Origin: an uncultured Spirochaetia bacterium
GTDB taxonomy: Bacteria > Spirochaetota > JAHITG01 > CAYQNP01
NCBI GenBank assembly: GCA_964418785.1
Contig: CAYQNP010000231.1
Span: 1 to 36,416 of the forward strand
Direction of reading: 5' to 3'
Length of the DNA stretch: 36,416 nt
The number at the start of each line of letters is the position of its first letter. Position 1 is the first letter of the stretch. The notes under the pieces are model-generated. The model worked only from the letters and a program-made list of their open reading frames with translations, made no database searches and was not told the DNA's origin. Shown piece after piece: positions 17,430 to 27,595 of the stretch. Made by a program: the position numbers and the translations under genes.

Positions 17430-18893
17430 TTATATTAAATTATAAATTTTCCTCTTATGATCAGGCCAACGAACACTGTAATATACTGATTTAGAATGTT
17501 TATATGCTCCGTTAAAATACGAACTCTCTGCTATCCAGTTTAATAATGTTTCTTTTAATTCTTCTTTTATTTTACTATACTTCTTTATATTCCACAAATT
17601 TTTTAACTCATACGGATCTTTTTTCATATCATATAATTCTCCATATTCCTGAGAAATATAATATACAAGTTTATATTTTTCTGAACGAATCATAACTATG
17701 TAATTATCCTCAGTAAAAACATACTCCGGTAAATTTTTTGTTGAGCCATTATCCAGGTATTCATTTATAGGTTCAGCTTCTATATAACTTGGTATTTTAA
17801 CTCCGGCATAACTTAAAATCGTAGGACCGATATTCATTAAAGATATAAGTTTATCTGTTCGTTTTATTCTGTTGTTTCGATTTTTTCTAAAGTCTTTTAT
17901 TATAAGAGGAACTCTAATCATAGAATCATACATAAGCCATTTATACGGCAACTTATGATCACCTAAGCTATCACCATGATCAGAAGTAAATATTACAATA
18001 CTATTTTTTAGGAATCCTCTTTTTTCAAGTGCTTTTAAGATACCGCCAATTTTTTCATCGATTAAAGTAATATTAGCATAATAATGTTTTCTCATTTTAG
18101 TAATATCAGAAATATCTGCATTATACATATCAATAACAGAATCATTTTTCATTTGAGAGAATCTCTTTTGATGTCCGATATGTTCCGGAGGTTTATTATT
18201 TAACTCACCATCCTGCATCACAGGTGCGGGAATATTTTTATTGTCATACATTTTTAAAAATCTTTCAGGCGGGTCATAAGGTTCATGAGGTCCTGGAAAA
18301 CCTATCTGCAGAAAAAACGGCTCTTTCCCATTATAATTATTTATCCAATCAACAGCTTTATTACCTACAAAACTATCAATGTGATCCTCTTCATCATACT
18401 CCCATACAACAGAGTTTAACATCTGTTTCCAACCGGGATATTTATAACGCCTTTCAACAGGCCGAGATATACCTTTGCTATTAAGATATTCAGACCATTT
18501 ATCCGGCTTTAAACCAAATTTTTCAAATTCCTGACATTTATTTTCAACAACAAATCTTTCGTGAAAGACATCATCTGCATACATAGGAGACAAATGCATT
18601 TTTCCTATATTCGCAGTATAATATCCGTTTTTTCCAAGATCGCGTACCCAGATATTCTGATGAGCCCATCTGTTAAAACTATAAACACCTGTATTATGAG
18701 GATACATACCGGTAAACATAGCTGCACGGGAAGATATACAGGTACTGCCGGCAGCAAAACAAGAAGTAAAAGTAATTCCACCTTTACTTAAATTATCCAG
18801 ATTCGGCGTAATCATATGTTTAAAACCATTACTATTAATAGTATCCCATCTTTGCTGATCTGTCATTATTAATATAATATTAGGTTTTTTCAT
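17430..18893 (-). CDS. Cytoplasmic Cys-type sulfatase with the variant motif C-I-S-S-R
   Basis: MKKPNIILIMTDQQRWD start with no signal peptide. The motif at nt 18726-18740 translates as C-I-S-S-R. GKMHL and SDHGD motifs. Confidence 0.85.
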   Translation of the reverse strand: MKKPNIILIMTDQQRWDTINSNGFKHMITPNLDNLSKGGITFTSCFAAGSTCISSRAAMFTGMYPHNTGVYSFNRWAHQNIWVRDLGKNGYYTANIGKMHLSPMYADDVFHERFVVENKCQEFEKFGLKPDKWSEYLNSKGISRPVERRYKYPGWKQMLNSVVWEYDEEDHIDSFVGNKAVDWINNYNGKEPFFLQIGFPGPHEPYDPPERFLKMYDNKNIPAPVMQDGELNNKPPEHIGHQKRFSQMKNDSVIDMYNADISDITKMRKHYYANITLIDEKIGGILKALEKRGFLKNSIVIFTSDHGDSLGDHKLPYKWLMYDSMIRVPLIIKDFRKNRNNRIKRTDKLISLMNIGPTILSYAGVKIPSYIEAEPINEYLDNGSTKNLPEYVFTEDNYIVMIRSEKYKLVYYISQEYGELYDMKKDPYELKNLWNIKKYSKIKEELKETLLNWIAESSYFNGAYKHSKSVYYSVRWPDHKRKIYNLI

Positions 18894-18907
18894 TTATTTA
18901 TGCTCCG

Positions 18908-20404
18908 CTACTTAATAAACTCATATTTTCCGCTTCTAATTTTTTCAATAGGCATACCCTTATTTTTTTCCAATAATTCAGCATACACTTCTCTATCAGA
19001 ATTCCGCAGCCGTTCTATATATCCGTTTAAATTATTTCTGGTATGAAAAGGTCCGCCTTCCCTGATTACATTCCACATAGGATCTACATTATAATTAGAA
19101 GACTGCATCATTTCAGTATGCCACTCTTCTAAAAGCGCTAATCCTTCTTTCACAACTTCAGGATATTTAGCTGCTACATCATTTAATAAATGAAAATCTT
19201 CTTTTATATTATATAACATTATTTCAGGATAGGGTTTAAGACCTGTGTCATAGGTTCTCATTAAAATCCAATCACCAAAAACAACAGAGCGTTGACAAAT
19301 CCATGCACCCTGACTAACCACTAAATAATCTCTACCTTTATCTATGCTGTTTTTTATATTTTCAGCAAAACTTTTTCCATCCCATAATTTAGGTATTCTT
19401 AATCCTGCAAGCTCGAGAATAGTTGCCATTAAATCCGCCTGATAAAATAACGAATTAAATACTTTTTTTGTTTTCAATCCCGGCCATCTTACTATATACG
19501 GAATTCTTGCAACTATATTATCTGCTGTCTGATGATCACCATATACTCCGAGTTCACCCTGCGATTCTCCATGATCGGAACTTATTATAATAACAGTATC
19601 ATCCAATACACCTTTTTCATCCAGAATTTTTATTATTTTTCCAAAAGCATCATCAGCATACTTAATTCCTGTATCATAGCCGTCTATCCATTTTTTATAA
19701 TCCGCCATTGTTTTAATTTCTTTAGGTATTCTGGGATATTTACCGAACCCGTCTGCAGTTCCGTTCCATCCTAAATCTCTCGGAGAATGAGGGCCATAAC
19801 CGTTATAGTTTCTTTTAAGAACATCTTCTGTATGCCATTCAGCAAGTGGTTCGTTTTCAAACGGATTTCCATATTCAAGCGGTACTCTATACGGAGTATG
19901 AGGGTCCCAGACATTTATGTGTAAAAACCAATTATCATTCTCTGCATTTTCATTCAACCATTTATCAGCATAGACCATAATTTCATCGGCAGTTTCCTGC
20001 CCGCCTTTGCCCGGATTATACATTTCTTTAAATCCGTTATAAAACCACCAGGCACTATGACGCTCGGCAAACGGACTTATAGAAACTGTATTATATCCTG
20101 CTTCTTTAAAAACAGCCGGCCAATGAGCTGCATCAGGAGACTGTCTGAAACTTCGTGATATACCCTCTTTTTTAGGGTCCGCATCTTCACCTCCATGATT
20201 AATCACACCTGTATGAATTCCAAATCTGCCTGTAAACGATGCACTTCGAGAAGGCAAACACGGAGTATCTGATGCATAACAATTATCAAATCGTATTCCC
20301 TCTTCTGCAATTCTGTCTATATTCGGCGATGTATTTCTATGATATCCATAACAGCCCAGATGATCTGCCCGTAATGTGTCTATGTCAAAATATAATACTC
20401 GCAT
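18908..20404 (-). CDS. Cytoplasmic Cys-type sulfatase
   Basis: MRVLYFDIDTLRADHLG start with no signal peptide. FGly motif C-L-P-S-R at nt 20246-20260, SDHGES motif, GGGAGG RBS. Confidence 0.85.
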   Translation of the reverse strand: MRVLYFDIDTLRADHLGCYGYHRNTSPNIDRIAEEGIRFDNCYASDTPCLPSRSASFTGRFGIHTGVINHGGEDADPKKEGISRSFRQSPDAAHWPAVFKEAGYNTVSISPFAERHSAWWFYNGFKEMYNPGKGGQETADEIMVYADKWLNENAENDNWFLHINVWDPHTPYRVPLEYGNPFENEPLAEWHTEDVLKRNYNGYGPHSPRDLGWNGTADGFGKYPRIPKEIKTMADYKKWIDGYDTGIKYADDAFGKIIKILDEKGVLDDTVIIISSDHGESQGELGVYGDHQTADNIVARIPYIVRWPGLKTKKVFNSLFYQADLMATILELAGLRIPKLWDGKSFAENIKNSIDKGRDYLVVSQGAWICQRSVVFGDWILMRTYDTGLKPYPEIMLYNIKEDFHLLNDVAAKYPEVVKEGLALLEEWHTEMMQSSNYNVDPMWNVIREGGPFHTRNNLNGYIERLRNSDREVYAELLEKNKGMPIEKIRSGKYEFIK

Positions 20405-20423
20405 TTCATTCCTCCCGAATAAT

Positions 20424-22082
20424 TTATTTAACTTTTTTCAATTCTTTAATAAAATCTTTAGTATAAAAATATTGTAATGCATGCTTTTCAAATGCTTCTA
20501 ATAACATTTTTTTTCTTAAAGTTAGACTTAATTTTTCTTCTTGTGTTATTTTTTTCCTTAAATTTCCAATAAAAATCTGACTTCTCTGCATTTCATATTT
20601 AAATGTATTTCTATTTATATTTTTTAAGCCTTCCTGTAATTCCGAATATATAAATTTTCTATAATTTTTAAAACTATTATTAAAATATTCTATAGGATTT
20701 TTTTTCTTTTCAATAATGATTGTTTCCAGGCTCTCCAGCATTCTTGCCATAGAAGCACTTTTCCAGATCCCGCTGAAAAAAGGTGTTGGAATAAGAGGAT
20801 TTCCTTTAAGATTCGGCTTTGCATATTTTAACAAACCTTTATATTCTGCTTTTTTTACTACCGGAGCAAATTTACAATAACTCGATATTAAAAGATTTAT
20901 TTTATACGATGTTAAAAATTTTAAAAAATCCAGTGCAAGGTCAAAATTTTTAGATGCTTTCGGAATACCAAATTTTGACCCTTTATCGGTGTCTGCTTCT
21001 GCTATATCACCTGTAAAATACTTGTAATATCTGTAATTTTTATCTATTACAGGAATTCTTATAACTGCAACATTAAAGTCAGCGTTTTTAAAAATAGGCG
21101 ATATATCCCATGTTCCGTCTAAATAAAACACAGCTTTTTTAGTATAAAAAAGATATGCTGCTTGTTCGCTATCCATTGCATTAAATCCTTCTGCAAAATA
21201 ATTCCCCATTTCACTCATAATATCAACAAATCCGTATAACCTATTTTTCTCCACTTTTCCTTCTCTATATGCCTTCAAAATATCTGCAGGGCGAACATCC
21301 GCATCATAATAACGGCCATATAAATCATTTAATATACCGTTCATCTGACTAAAATAATTTCTATGGAAAAACCATAACATTTTTCTGCTTATCCCGCGAC
21401 CAACTATAGGTATAATTATTTTATGTTCTTTCTTAGCATAATCTTTTATAGTTTTACAACTGTCAAACCAATCAGATATCGTAGTGGGAGCTTTATCCTT
21501 GCCGGTTATCTGCTTTAACAAATCAAGATTCACAAAAATTCTATCATAATGAACAAACACCTTTATACCAAAATATTCTGAATAGTTTTTATCAAGCATA
21601 GATTTCATTCCGTCTAATATTGTATCTTTCCAGGGCATTCCCTCTAATACAGTTCCTTTATTATAAGGATTAACTTTTCCAATATAAGCAGATAAATGTC
21701 TCATATACTGATACTGAATATTAGGAGAACCGGCAAGTTGAATTATATCAACAGGATTACCGCCTACCAACTGAGTTAAATACCATTGGCGATAGCCTCT
21801 ACTTGGAATAATACTTTGAATAACTTTTACCTTTATACCCTGTTTTGCCTTCATTTCTTCATACAATTTTATTGCTGCATCAAATCCTTCTTTAACACCG
21901 TCTTCTGTATGCCAATGAGCAAAATTTATTACTTTAACATCCGACTCAAAAACCGAGCCTTTATTACTATTAAATATATATATATACAACACTGCATAAA
22001 AATAAACTATCCCGGCGAATAAAAGCCCGAATATAGTTTTTAAATCTTGACTGTTATTTTTTTTAATCTTCATCATTTTCAT
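20424..22082 (-). CDS. ABC transporter extracellular solute-binding protein (family 1, CUT1-like), N-terminally membrane-anchored
   Basis: Preferred start is the ATG at 22082 (GAGGTG 7 nt upstream). The track start at 22109 overlaps the GH3 stop. It has a hydrophobic anchor IFGLLFAGIVYFYAVLYIYIF with no lipobox Cys, an SBP-like alpha/beta core and an extra C-terminal helical tail of about 100 aa. Confidence 0.7.
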   Translation of the reverse strand: MKMMKIKKNNSQDLKTIFGLLFAGIVYFYAVLYIYIFNSNKGSVFESDVKVINFAHWHTEDGVKEGFDAAIKLYEEMKAKQGIKVKVIQSIIPSRGYRQWYLTQLVGGNPVDIIQLAGSPNIQYQYMRHLSAYIGKVNPYNKGTVLEGMPWKDTILDGMKSMLDKNYSEYFGIKVFVHYDRIFVNLDLLKQITGKDKAPTTISDWFDSCKTIKDYAKKEHKIIIPIVGRGISRKMLWFFHRNYFSQMNGILNDLYGRYYDADVRPADILKAYREGKVEKNRLYGFVDIMSEMGNYFAEGFNAMDSEQAAYLFYTKKAVFYLDGTWDISPIFKNADFNVAVIRIPVIDKNYRYYKYFTGDIAEADTDKGSKFGIPKASKNFDLALDFLKFLTSYKINLLISSYCKFAPVVKKAEYKGLLKYAKPNLKGNPLIPTPFFSGIWKSASMARMLESLETIIIEKKKNPIEYFNNSFKNYRKFIYSELQEGLKNINRNTFKYEMQRSQIFIGNLRKKITQEEKLSLTLRKKMLLEAFEKHALQYFYTKDFIKELKKVK

Positions 22083-22105
22083 AATTTCACCTCGCTCTAT
22101 ATATT

Positions 22106-23686
22106 TCATTTAATAAATTCTTTCTTTAAAGGCTGTTCACCTGTAATACCTTTCATAACTCGTTCAAGTGTATATTCTATACTTCCATAAGTATTTATAA
22201 CTGTATCCATTAAAACATCATATTCAAAATGGACAAAAGGGTGGAAATGAGCAACATAAATAACAGGGGTACCAAGTCTCATCCAGCCCTGCATCATACT
22301 TCTCGATACATTCCCGTGTAATCTTATAACATTCGTTCCAAATGCAGGTTTATTTCCTATTGAACAGATTATTAAATCAAACTCTTTATTATAAATTCTA
22401 TCAAAAAACGAATTTCCGTGTCCAGGATTTATCAACTCCGTAACATTATCAGAATACTTCTGCATAACTTTTGTAAAAGAAACATATAATTCCTCTTCAT
22501 TACTGTAATTATTCGTTAATATAAGATGAAGGATACGCGTATTTTTATTAATTTTAAACGGTATTATATTTGCTCTGTCTCTAACAATAGAAACGCTGTT
22601 ATCTACTATTTTTCTTGAAATTTCTTCATGTTTATTTTTATTAAAATTTATATTGTCTTTTAATTCATCATTAAAAAAGCCCAGCATATTTTTTAAAGAC
22701 ACTATTTTTTCAGCTCGATTTTTCAAAGTTTCTATTTTTAAAAAACCTGAATCAATTAATCTTTTAAACTCATCATAAAAAGCCTGATTTAATCGTGGAA
22801 AGAGGATCATATCTCCGCCGTATTCAAGAAAAGCAGCAGCTGCCTTATAATAATTCATATACCCGCTCATACCCGACATATTGATAGCATCCGATATTAT
22901 TAAGCCTTTAAAACCCAACTCTTCCTTTAATAATTTATTTAAGATTTTTTTTGACAAAGTTGCCGGAGGATAGAGATTAAAAAATTCATCTTTTTCGTCA
23001 TAATCAGGAAAAGCAATATGACCGGGCATAACAGCCATTACACCTGCATCAATTAAATCTTTAAAAACTTTCCCGGATTTTTCATCCCATTCTTCTTTTT
23101 TTAATGAATTTTGAGAAATTGTTAAATGCTGATCAAAGATATCAAACCCTTCACCCGGAAAATGTTTTAAAGTTGCCATTAAACCATTATCCTGAAGTCC
23201 TTTCATATATGCTTTTGTTATCTTTATAACCTGTTCAGCCGACCTGCCTGCAGAACGGATGCTAACCATAGGACTTTCAATTTTCCCGATTATATCAACA
23301 CACGGAGACAAAGTCCAGTTAAAGCCCAATTCAACACTTTCCAGAGCAGCGGCCTTGCCCATTTCATATGCAAGATTTTCATCATCAGCAGAACTGCATG
23401 CCAACATATACGGAAATATTGTAGAGCCTTTTATTACTGTACCCGGTCCATTTTCTATATCTCCTACTATAAACGGAGGAATTTTACTCTTATCTTTAAC
23501 TATTTTTATTTTTTCTTCGAGCTCTTTCTTTTCAGCAGGATGAAAAAACATTGCTCCATAATAACCAAGGGAATCATAATCACCGGGCATTGAATGTGCA
23601 CATACAACTTGATTAATAAGTTCTTCAAGACCCATATTTTCTACTATTTCTTTTGCAAATTCCGTTACTTTAATTTCAAATTTCAT
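22106..23686 (-). CDS. Cytoplasmic GH3 glycoside hydrolase (NagZ/beta-glucosidase-like)
   Basis: KHFPGEG...DQH and GLIISDAINMSGM (nucleophile Asp region) are GH3 N-domain signatures. No signal peptide. Confidence 0.75.
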   Translation of the reverse strand: MKFEIKVTEFAKEIVENMGLEELINQVVCAHSMPGDYDSLGYYGAMFFHPAEKKELEEKIKIVKDKSKIPPFIVGDIENGPGTVIKGSTIFPYMLACSSADDENLAYEMGKAAALESVELGFNWTLSPCVDIIGKIESPMVSIRSAGRSAEQVIKITKAYMKGLQDNGLMATLKHFPGEGFDIFDQHLTISQNSLKKEEWDEKSGKVFKDLIDAGVMAVMPGHIAFPDYDEKDEFFNLYPPATLSKKILNKLLKEELGFKGLIISDAINMSGMSGYMNYYKAAAAFLEYGGDMILFPRLNQAFYDEFKRLIDSGFLKIETLKNRAEKIVSLKNMLGFFNDELKDNINFNKNKHEEISRKIVDNSVSIVRDRANIIPFKINKNTRILHLILTNNYSNEEELYVSFTKVMQKYSDNVTELINPGHGNSFFDRIYNKEFDLIICSIGNKPAFGTNVIRLHGNVSRSMMQGWMRLGTPVIYVAHFHPFVHFEYDVLMDTVINTYGSIEYTLERVMKGITGEQPLKKEFIK

Positions 23687-23687
23687 C

Positions 23688-26126
23688 TTACTCTTTTCCC
23701 ATTAAAACCTCAACTTTGTGTACTTTTTTATCATTAAACAACGGTAAAATATTGCCTTCAATCTCTGTTCCGTCTACAACTATTTTTTTTATTCCTTTTG
23801 ATACTCTGTCAGGATTTTTTACAATTATATCATAAACTGAATTACGAAATTTTCGTTTAACAGTAAACCCGCTCCATGTATCAGGGATAGACGGGTCGAT
23901 CTTTAAACCTGAAAAATCAGGATTAACACCCAATATATACTTAATACCAGCCTGATACATCCATGATGATGTTCCGGAAAGCCAGCTGTTTCTTGCAAGA
24001 CCGAACTGCGGATGTTCATCACCTAAAATATTTTGCGGGTATACATACGGCTCACTTTCAAAATTATCAATATTATCATTCTTTTTTATAGGATTAATCT
24101 GCGAATAATATTCAAAAGCTCTATTTCCATTACCGAAAATTGCTTCTGCTATAACTGCCCATGTATTTGCATGTAGAAAAATGCCGCCGTTTTCTTTTGC
24201 TCCCGGAGGATATGTGGTAACACCGCCTTTTTCAGGATCAAATTTCTTATATCCCGGTGTACTTAATTTTATGCCATTTTTTGTATTAAGATATTTATAT
24301 ACCGAATCGAGAGCTTTTTTTGCTCTCTCTGTTGTTGCAAATCCGGAAAGCACTGTCCATGTTTGTGCATTAGTGTAAATCTTTCCTTCTTTGTTAATCT
24401 TTGAGCCAATAGGATTACCGTCTTTATCAAGATATCTAATATACCAATTTCCATCCCACCCGTATTGGTTTACAATTTCTCTCATTTCATTATAATATCG
24501 CTTATACTTTCGAGAGAGATTATTTTCTTTTAAAAACTCTGTCAATCCTATCATCTCTTTTAAAGCAACACCAAATAAATTTGCAATAAATAAAGATTCT
24601 GCACCACTTGCAAGATTTACAGTATCATTCCAATCAGCAAAACCAAGAAGAGGCAGACCGTGCTTTCCTCTATTTTTATATGTAAATTCTATACCCTTTT
24701 TTAAATGTTCTAAAACTGTAGCTTTATATATAGATTTTCCGGTTTTATCTTTATCATAAAATGGAATTTCTTTATTTAAGAACTTAATATCTCCTGTTTC
24801 TTTTAAATAAGTTGCAACTGCAAGAATAATCCACAAATGGTCATCACCATAATATTTTGGGGCATCTTCTTTTTCTCTTGAATCTCCTTCATTTGCAATC
24901 ATTGTAATTGGATTAAACTGATGCATTGCTGAACCGTTATATTTTTGAATATGAAGTAATTTTTCTATAAGACTTTTTGCCTGTTCCGGAACAAGAGAAA
25001 TAGCTCCCATTACATCCTGAGAACTATCTCTAAAACCTATTCCACGCGCGCCGAATCCTAATTGATATAACGATAAATATCGAGACCAGTTTAAGGTAAT
25101 ATAACTTTGATACGGATTAAATACATTTAACAGTACATTCATTTCTTTATCAGGAGTATTTACACTTGTAACAGATAAAGTATTATCCCAAAATTCTTTT
25201 ATTTTATTAAATTCATCGTCTATATTTTTCTCTATTCTGTACTTTTGGATATTTTTTAATGCTTTTTTTATATTGGGATAATTTGACAACTGAGTAATAA
25301 TTCTTTTTGTTTCACCGGGCTTTAAGCTTCCAAGATGGTGCATAAGTGCCGCTATATTATCACCTCTCCTTGCTTCATAATTTGACAGCTCTTCATTTAA
25401 AAGTCCTAATGGTTCTCTCCAACTGCCATAGCCGTTATCTCCTAAGAATATCCGTCTGTCAGTTTCAAAAGAGGACACCGGATAATTAGAAGTAAAATAA
25501 TTCTCTTCTAATCCTTTATTCATAAATGCAAATTGTGCCAGGACTATTAACTCGTTTTCTTTATGACGAACTTCACTTTGCATTGTCTGCGGTACCCAAT
25601 CGGCATTTGTCAACTGTTTTAATGCATCAGGATGTGTATATTCTACTACAGGAATAAAATCTATCTCAATAGATTTTTTACTGATATTTGTTATTCTATA
25701 ATCTCTTATTAAATGATTACTTCCCATAGGCACAAAAATAACTACTTCTGTTCTAATACCGTAAAATTCAGATATTATTTTTGTATATAATAATCCTATA
25801 TGTGCCTCATATTTTTTATATCTGTCAATTGTAGGAACAAAATAAGGTGAAAATATTTTATATTTATTTTTACCATTCTTTATTCTGATATATGCTGTTT
25901 CCCCTTTAAAATCAGAGTCAGGAAGTTGCGGAATATATTTAGTAATTCTATTTAAAGCAGGATCACCTTTACATATAAGTGATCCGCCTGTAGTATCAAC
26001 AAATCCGCCAAATGAAATATTTCCCACATAATTTATCCATTTAACAGGTGTTTTTGGATTCGTCAGTACATATTCTCTGTTTTTCTCGTCAAAATAGCCA
26101 TACTTATTTTTTTTATTTTTTATCAT
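23688..26126 (-). CDS. GH94-like disaccharide phosphorylase (cellobiose/chitobiose phosphorylase family)
   Basis: Start moved to the ATG at 26126 (GGAG RBS), because the track start at 26186 overlaps the upstream sulfatase. YGYFDEKNREYVLTNPKTPVKWINYVGN is the typical GH94 N-terminus. The catalytic-Asp motif GFADWNDT and GGIFLHANTWAVIAEA are present. About 812 aa, as for cellobiose phosphorylases. Confidence 0.8.
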   Translation of the reverse strand: MIKNKKNKYGYFDEKNREYVLTNPKTPVKWINYVGNISFGGFVDTTGGSLICKGDPALNRITKYIPQLPDSDFKGETAYIRIKNGKNKYKIFSPYFVPTIDRYKKYEAHIGLLYTKIISEFYGIRTEVVIFVPMGSNHLIRDYRITNISKKSIEIDFIPVVEYTHPDALKQLTNADWVPQTMQSEVRHKENELIVLAQFAFMNKGLEENYFTSNYPVSSFETDRRIFLGDNGYGSWREPLGLLNEELSNYEARRGDNIAALMHHLGSLKPGETKRIITQLSNYPNIKKALKNIQKYRIEKNIDDEFNKIKEFWDNTLSVTSVNTPDKEMNVLLNVFNPYQSYITLNWSRYLSLYQLGFGARGIGFRDSSQDVMGAISLVPEQAKSLIEKLLHIQKYNGSAMHQFNPITMIANEGDSREKEDAPKYYGDDHLWIILAVATYLKETGDIKFLNKEIPFYDKDKTGKSIYKATVLEHLKKGIEFTYKNRGKHGLPLLGFADWNDTVNLASGAESLFIANLFGVALKEMIGLTEFLKENNLSRKYKRYYNEMREIVNQYGWDGNWYIRYLDKDGNPIGSKINKEGKIYTNAQTWTVLSGFATTERAKKALDSVYKYLNTKNGIKLSTPGYKKFDPEKGGVTTYPPGAKENGGIFLHANTWAVIAEAIFGNGNRAFEYYSQINPIKKNDNIDNFESEPYVYPQNILGDEHPQFGLARNSWLSGTSSWMYQAGIKYILGVNPDFSGLKIDPSIPDTWSGFTVKRKFRNSVYDIIVKNPDRVSKGIKKIVVDGTEIEGNILPLFNDKKVHKVEVLMGKE

Positions 26127-26136
26127 ATTTTCTCCT

Positions 26137-27585
26137 TTAAAACTTTCTAACAAAATTTTCAGGTTTATTTCTTGCATCTCTATCAAACGAAATTGTATCT
26201 GCTGTTTTTAAATACCAGTTTAAAAGTTCAGACTCTAAACTTTTTATTAAATCACTATCTTTATATTGCTCGTATACATTATTTATTTCCCGGGGGTCAT
26301 TATCTAAAAGATATAACTCGTTCTCGCCACTGGTTCGTTTAACATATTTGTACTTTAAGTTTCGTATCATAACAGTTCTGCACACGCTTTCAGGATGTTC
26401 CTGCTGAACTATAGCCTTTGGATAATAAATACTTTCTTTATTTAATAAACCGTCAGAAAAACGGGGATTTCCTTCAAAACATTCATCATCCTGATTAATA
26501 TCATAACCGCCTTCACAAAAAACATATCGTTCAGGATCAGCAGGTTCTCCATAAAGCTGTTTTACTAAAGACTTTGAAAAATGATGGTGTGTAGCCTCAA
26601 CTCCTGCAAGTTCCATTACTGTAGCAAAAAAATCGAATAATTCAACAGGTTCTTTTACAGATGTTCCTTTTTTATTGCCGGGTACAGATATAATAAAAGG
26701 TACCCTGGTTAAAACATCTTCCATTCCATTAGGCCATTTTTCGACAAGTTTATAATCACCGGCATAATCACCATGGTCAGAAAAAAATATAATTGCAGTA
26801 TCATCACTTAATCCGGCGCGCTCAATACTGTCTATAACCATTCCCAATAAATAATCAACATACGATATAGATGCTAAATAAACAGACTGTATTTTTTTAA
26901 ATAAATCATCATTCTGACTATTTAATTCTCTATATTCTTTAATATACGAATGAAACAGCGGAGCATTATTTTTCTCAGGTCTTAAATAATCAATATTAAA
27001 TTTATCATATAAATTATAAAACTCTTTCGGTGCAGTATAAGGAGGATGCGGTTTACCTATTGGTAAGAATAAAAAAAACGGTTTTTTATGCTCAGCCTCT
27101 ATAAATTCACAACCGCGTTTTACATATAAATAATCTATACTGTCTTCAATTCTGTCAAAAGGTTCAGCAAGAAAAGTGTAAAAATCTTTAAGACTTTTTT
27201 CTCCTCTTTTGTAATAATTCTTTCCACCGGGATTTGAAAAATTTTCAGTATAAGTAACACTTTCTTCAAAACTTTCTTCTGCGAGCAGATCATTTTTTCC
27301 GTACCAGGCTACATCATATCCGCTTTTCTTTAAATATTTTAATAAATTAGGTTCGTATGATTTTAATAAATTCCATAAACTTCTATGTCCGGAATTATGA
27401 ACATATAATCCTGTCATAAAAGAACATCTTGAAGGTGTACACACAGGATTTTGGACAAAACAGTTTTCAAATTTCACACCCTCTTCAGCAAGTCTGTCAA
27501 TATTAGGTGTTTTAACAAAAGGATGACCATAACAGCTCACACTTTCGGCCCGTAATTCGTCCGGATTAAAAACTACAAAATTCAT
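26137..27585 (-). CDS. Cytoplasmic Cys-type sulfatase
   Basis: MNFVVFNPDELRAESVS start with no signal peptide. FGly motif C-T-P-S-R at nt 27427-27441 (checked: TGT ACA CCT TCA AGA). SDHGD motif. Confidence 0.85.
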   Translation of the reverse strand: MNFVVFNPDELRAESVSCYGHPFVKTPNIDRLAEEGVKFENCFVQNPVCTPSRCSFMTGLYVHNSGHRSLWNLLKSYEPNLLKYLKKSGYDVAWYGKNDLLAEESFEESVTYTENFSNPGGKNYYKRGEKSLKDFYTFLAEPFDRIEDSIDYLYVKRGCEFIEAEHKKPFFLFLPIGKPHPPYTAPKEFYNLYDKFNIDYLRPEKNNAPLFHSYIKEYRELNSQNDDLFKKIQSVYLASISYVDYLLGMVIDSIERAGLSDDTAIIFFSDHGDYAGDYKLVEKWPNGMEDVLTRVPFIISVPGNKKGTSVKEPVELFDFFATVMELAGVEATHHHFSKSLVKQLYGEPADPERYVFCEGGYDINQDDECFEGNPRFSDGLLNKESIYYPKAIVQQEHPESVCRTVMIRNLKYKYVKRTSGENELYLLDNDPREINNVYEQYKDSDLIKSLESELLNWYLKTADTISFDRDARNKPENFVRKF

Positions 27586-27595
27586 ACTTTTTTCC

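Noticed and set aside
1969-24454. Nested minus-strand ORFs in alternative frames (1969-2166, 6726-7208, 7239-7430, 16728-16940, 24269-24454)
   Set aside because: They are fully contained in the GH-A, sulfatase and GH94 genes, whose own frames carry the catalytic motifs. There is no independent support for them.
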